DNA from: Podarcis tiliguerta
Taxonomy: Eukaryota
NCBI GenBank assembly: GCA_965153285.1
Contig: OZ229112.1
DNA: 64,000 nucleotides
Direction: 5' to 3' (one strand)
Position numbers and translations under genes: made by a program. The notes under the pieces were generated by a model. It made no database searches, was not told where the DNA came from, and saw nothing but the letters and a program-made list of their open reading frames with translations. Below, one piece after another: positions 61,115 to 64,000 of this stretch. Each line of letters begins with the position of its first letter. Position 1 is the first letter of the stretch.

Positions 61115-61156
<42 letters not shown>
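61027..61156 (+). mobile_element. LINE (L2-like) 3' terminus with (TAT)n tail
   Basis: gggagccgcccagagtggctgggga..cagccagatgggcggggtataaataata followed by (TAT)n; a reverse fragment lies at about 42610-42680. Confidence 0.65.
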
Positions 61157-61157
<1 letters not shown>

Positions 61158-61973
61158 GCAATGCTTGTTTATTAACTGATTCCCCCTGCTGCTGCAGCCA
61201 CTGCCCTTAGCAGGAAAATTATAGACATCTCCATCTTTCAATAATGACCATTGAGTGAATGGAAGACAAAACTGGGTAAACAGAGCCTTCCAATGCCTCT
61301 ACACAAGTCTCAGTTTTGCATGCCAAGACCACATCTAAATTGAGGGTGATGTCTAACTTACTCTGGACCAACCTGCCATTGACCAACAGACCAAAGCGCT
61401 GACTGACAGGCTCCACTAAATTCTGACTATCAATGGGGAAACCAGAGGGTGGGAGCTCAAATATAACTCACCCTCTTTCTACTCTCCACAACACTCTGTC
61501 CACCTGTGCAACACCTTCTTTTTCCTGGAAGTAATGGAAATAATGTCATCATGGAAGTAATCGTTCACCTGCACCTGTCTTCCTCTGGACCAAAAACATC
61601 ATTTCTGTTCTATACAGAACACCCACCTATTGGGGACTAAGTGCACAGAGTACAAAAATCAAATAGGAGAGGAAAAAATGTTGATTCTAACACTGCAGTT
61701 AAGGGACTAAACAAACAACAACAAAATGTGCTAAGATCTAAAGTGCTTATAATTTTAAAGGGCTTATATTTAAAGTGCTAATGTATAACATATAAGAGAA
61801 AATATTGAGAGAGAAAGCGGTGAGTGCTAATAGATCTACAATCAAGTTATGATATTTCACCCCATCCTCCTCCCAGCCTAACCTTACCATACAAATCAGC
61901 CATCTCCATCTGGCTACCACCCAGGTCAGCACACTTCTTCTACCTGGTTCTCACCCAGGACGTTAATCTCCAG

Positions 61974-62266
61974 TAAGGTAAAGGTAAAGGTACCCCTGAC
62001 CATTAGGTCCAGTCGTGACTGACTCTGGGGTTGCGGCAGTCATCTCGCTTTACTGGCCGAGGGAACCAGCGTACAGCTTCCGGGTCATGTGGTCAGCATG
62101 ACTAAGCCGCTTCTGGCAAACCAGAGCAGCGCACGGAAACGCCGTTTACCTTCCCGCCAGAGCGGTACCTATTTATCTACTTGCACTTCATGCTTTCGAA
62201 CTGCTGGGTTGGCAGGAGCAGGGACTGAGAAACGGGAGCTCACCCTGTCGCAGGGATTCGAACCGC
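61974..62266 (-). mobile_element. Sauria SINE, 5'-truncated
   Basis: Reverse complement of the 22305 copy, from the B box to the (AAAGGT)n tail. Confidence 0.9.
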
Positions 62267-64000
62267 CTATGGTGGGACTGTTGTATGTGTACAAAGGTCT
62301 GGTTGGTTTCGTGAGTCAGGATGTTGCCGGCCTGGTGTATCATGTGAACCAGTCCACGCATGAGGGGAGGAACAGCTGACACTATAGCAAAGAAGATTCT
62401 TGTTGTCTGCCATGATGGAATTCCTCTGCTCAGGACAGACATGCTCAATCTGACATCTTGCTTTTCCCTGCCAAGGAAAACATTGGCCTCTCTGAGCCTT
62501 GAGTTACAAGGAACAAGTTAGAGGAGCTAAATTAATGGCACCTCCTGTTTTCTCTTCTACTTATTAGAACCACGACAACAAAATATGCAAATAAAGAACA
62601 TGTTATAGCTGTCTCCATAGCACTGACATAAAGAGACAAAGAGAGAGGAAGATATCTCCCTCTGCCTTCTGCTCCTCTAATTCAGAAATCTAGCATTTAG
62701 CACAAGGATGAGAAAAGTCACATCCAAATAAGGTAAGATGGAAAAACTTTGGCACAGCCCGCAACCGAAAGTCTGAAATGTAATGTGGGGTAATCTATAG
62801 AAACATGAAGAGAAGTTTGTGCATCAAAGGGAAAAGATATAAATCAGAAGCTTGCTCTGGAACAAACAAATGGAGTTAAATAAGCCAAGGATAATAATAA
62901 CAAAGGTTCTGGAAAGTGATTTTGGAGAATTAGATGAAAAGCAGAAAATAGTCAGAAGTGGGGACTTCAGGGCCTTGGTCAGAATTCCAGTATTAGATAC
63001 AAAGGAGAGCTAGACACCAGATTCATCCAGAAAAGGTGAAAGAAAAGGGTGTGCAGGAATCTAGCTTTCTTTGTACAATCAAATGGCTGGTATACTCTAC
63101 CTTAGAGCAGTCACTATGTACATTTAAGCGTTTGAACAGAATATATTTTTGAGTTGCCGTTTTTGCTTGTTCATTTACATGTTTGCTTTTATGGCATTTC
63201 TATCCCACTTAACCTTATGGTTTAAGGTCAGGAATATTGTAAAAACAAGAACAAATGACACTAAATCAATATTATATAAATATAAAATTAAAATAATCAT
63301 TAAAATAACCAGTGTTAAAACACTATACAAATGCAAGTGAATTAGAGCCCCAAAGATATGGGCACACACATGGTCATTCCAAGGATGGAGCAGCATTGCA
63401 AAGAAGGCTCTTTCATGTACTGCCACACACCCCTGTTGGTGGAATCACAAGTAGGACCTCTCCTGCAGAACATCATGCACAGCATAGGAGGAGATAGATT
63501 TCACATGTATAATAATATTGATAGTATGAGGGAAATAAACACAGAGAAGGAATGATTCACATGTGCAGCCAATGATACTCATCTGGTTCCCATTTAATGT
63601 GATGCATGCATCTGAGGAGATGCACATAAGTTTGGGACAGATGAATCCATGGATTTGGGTTTCTCTATTTTTCCATAATTCTTCATGAGTTTGAAATATG
63701 TTTTTTTTTAAAAAAAAGTCTTCATGAACATTCACCAGCATTTTAGGGCAAATTTCCCCTGAGTTCAGCATGATCCTCCACATTGTGTGTCCCAGAGCAA
63801 CCTCACTCAATGTGAACAAAGCAAAGCTACAATACAGTATTTGCTGCTCCTTTCAGTCCCAGTTTTTATTTTCATTGGCAGCTTTACATGCTTTGCCATG
63901 GGAAAAGTTTACACCATTCCTATTCAATAGATGTGGAAGAAAGCCTTACAGATGTCAAGCACTGTTTTGAAATGTATTCAGCTTGTTGCAAGCATTCTGT

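Noticed and set aside
62568-62732. Exon-like segment (pyrimidine tract-AG ... AAG|gtaaga) downstream of DST
   Set aside because: It has stops in all three frames and no recognisable protein. It cannot be supported as an exon without RNA data.

Overview
Vertebrate genomic DNA, most likely from a lacertid lizard (judged from a near-intact Sauria SINE and other squamate repeats). It carries the 3' end of the spectraplakin gene DST (dystonin/BPAG1) on the + strand. I resolved 31 GT-AG coding exons from 475 to the stop at 52662-52664. They splice in phase into 4677 nt (1558 aa plus stop): late spectrin repeats, two EF-hands, the Zn-binding GAR/GAS2 domain, the GSR tail and the SxIP (SKIP) EB1-binding motif. 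Three of them are small frame-preserving cassette candidates (18, 69 and 111 nt). The 3' UTR runs to an AATAAA at 53441. Introns and the downstream flank are filled with SINEs, CR1/L2/L1 remnants, TA-flanked Tc1/mariner MITEs, hAT MITEs with 8-bp TSDs, and microsatellites. The most unusual unexplained structures are long intronic fold-back palindromes: a perfect 78-bp stem, an 80-bp stem with 5 mismatches, and a 48-bp stem, each 163-167 bp in total, plus a shorter ~130-bp one. Three hairpins cluster within about 1.1 kb in the intron after the GAR microexon. No prokaryotic-type system is present. Protein comparisons with human DST are from memory, not from a search.
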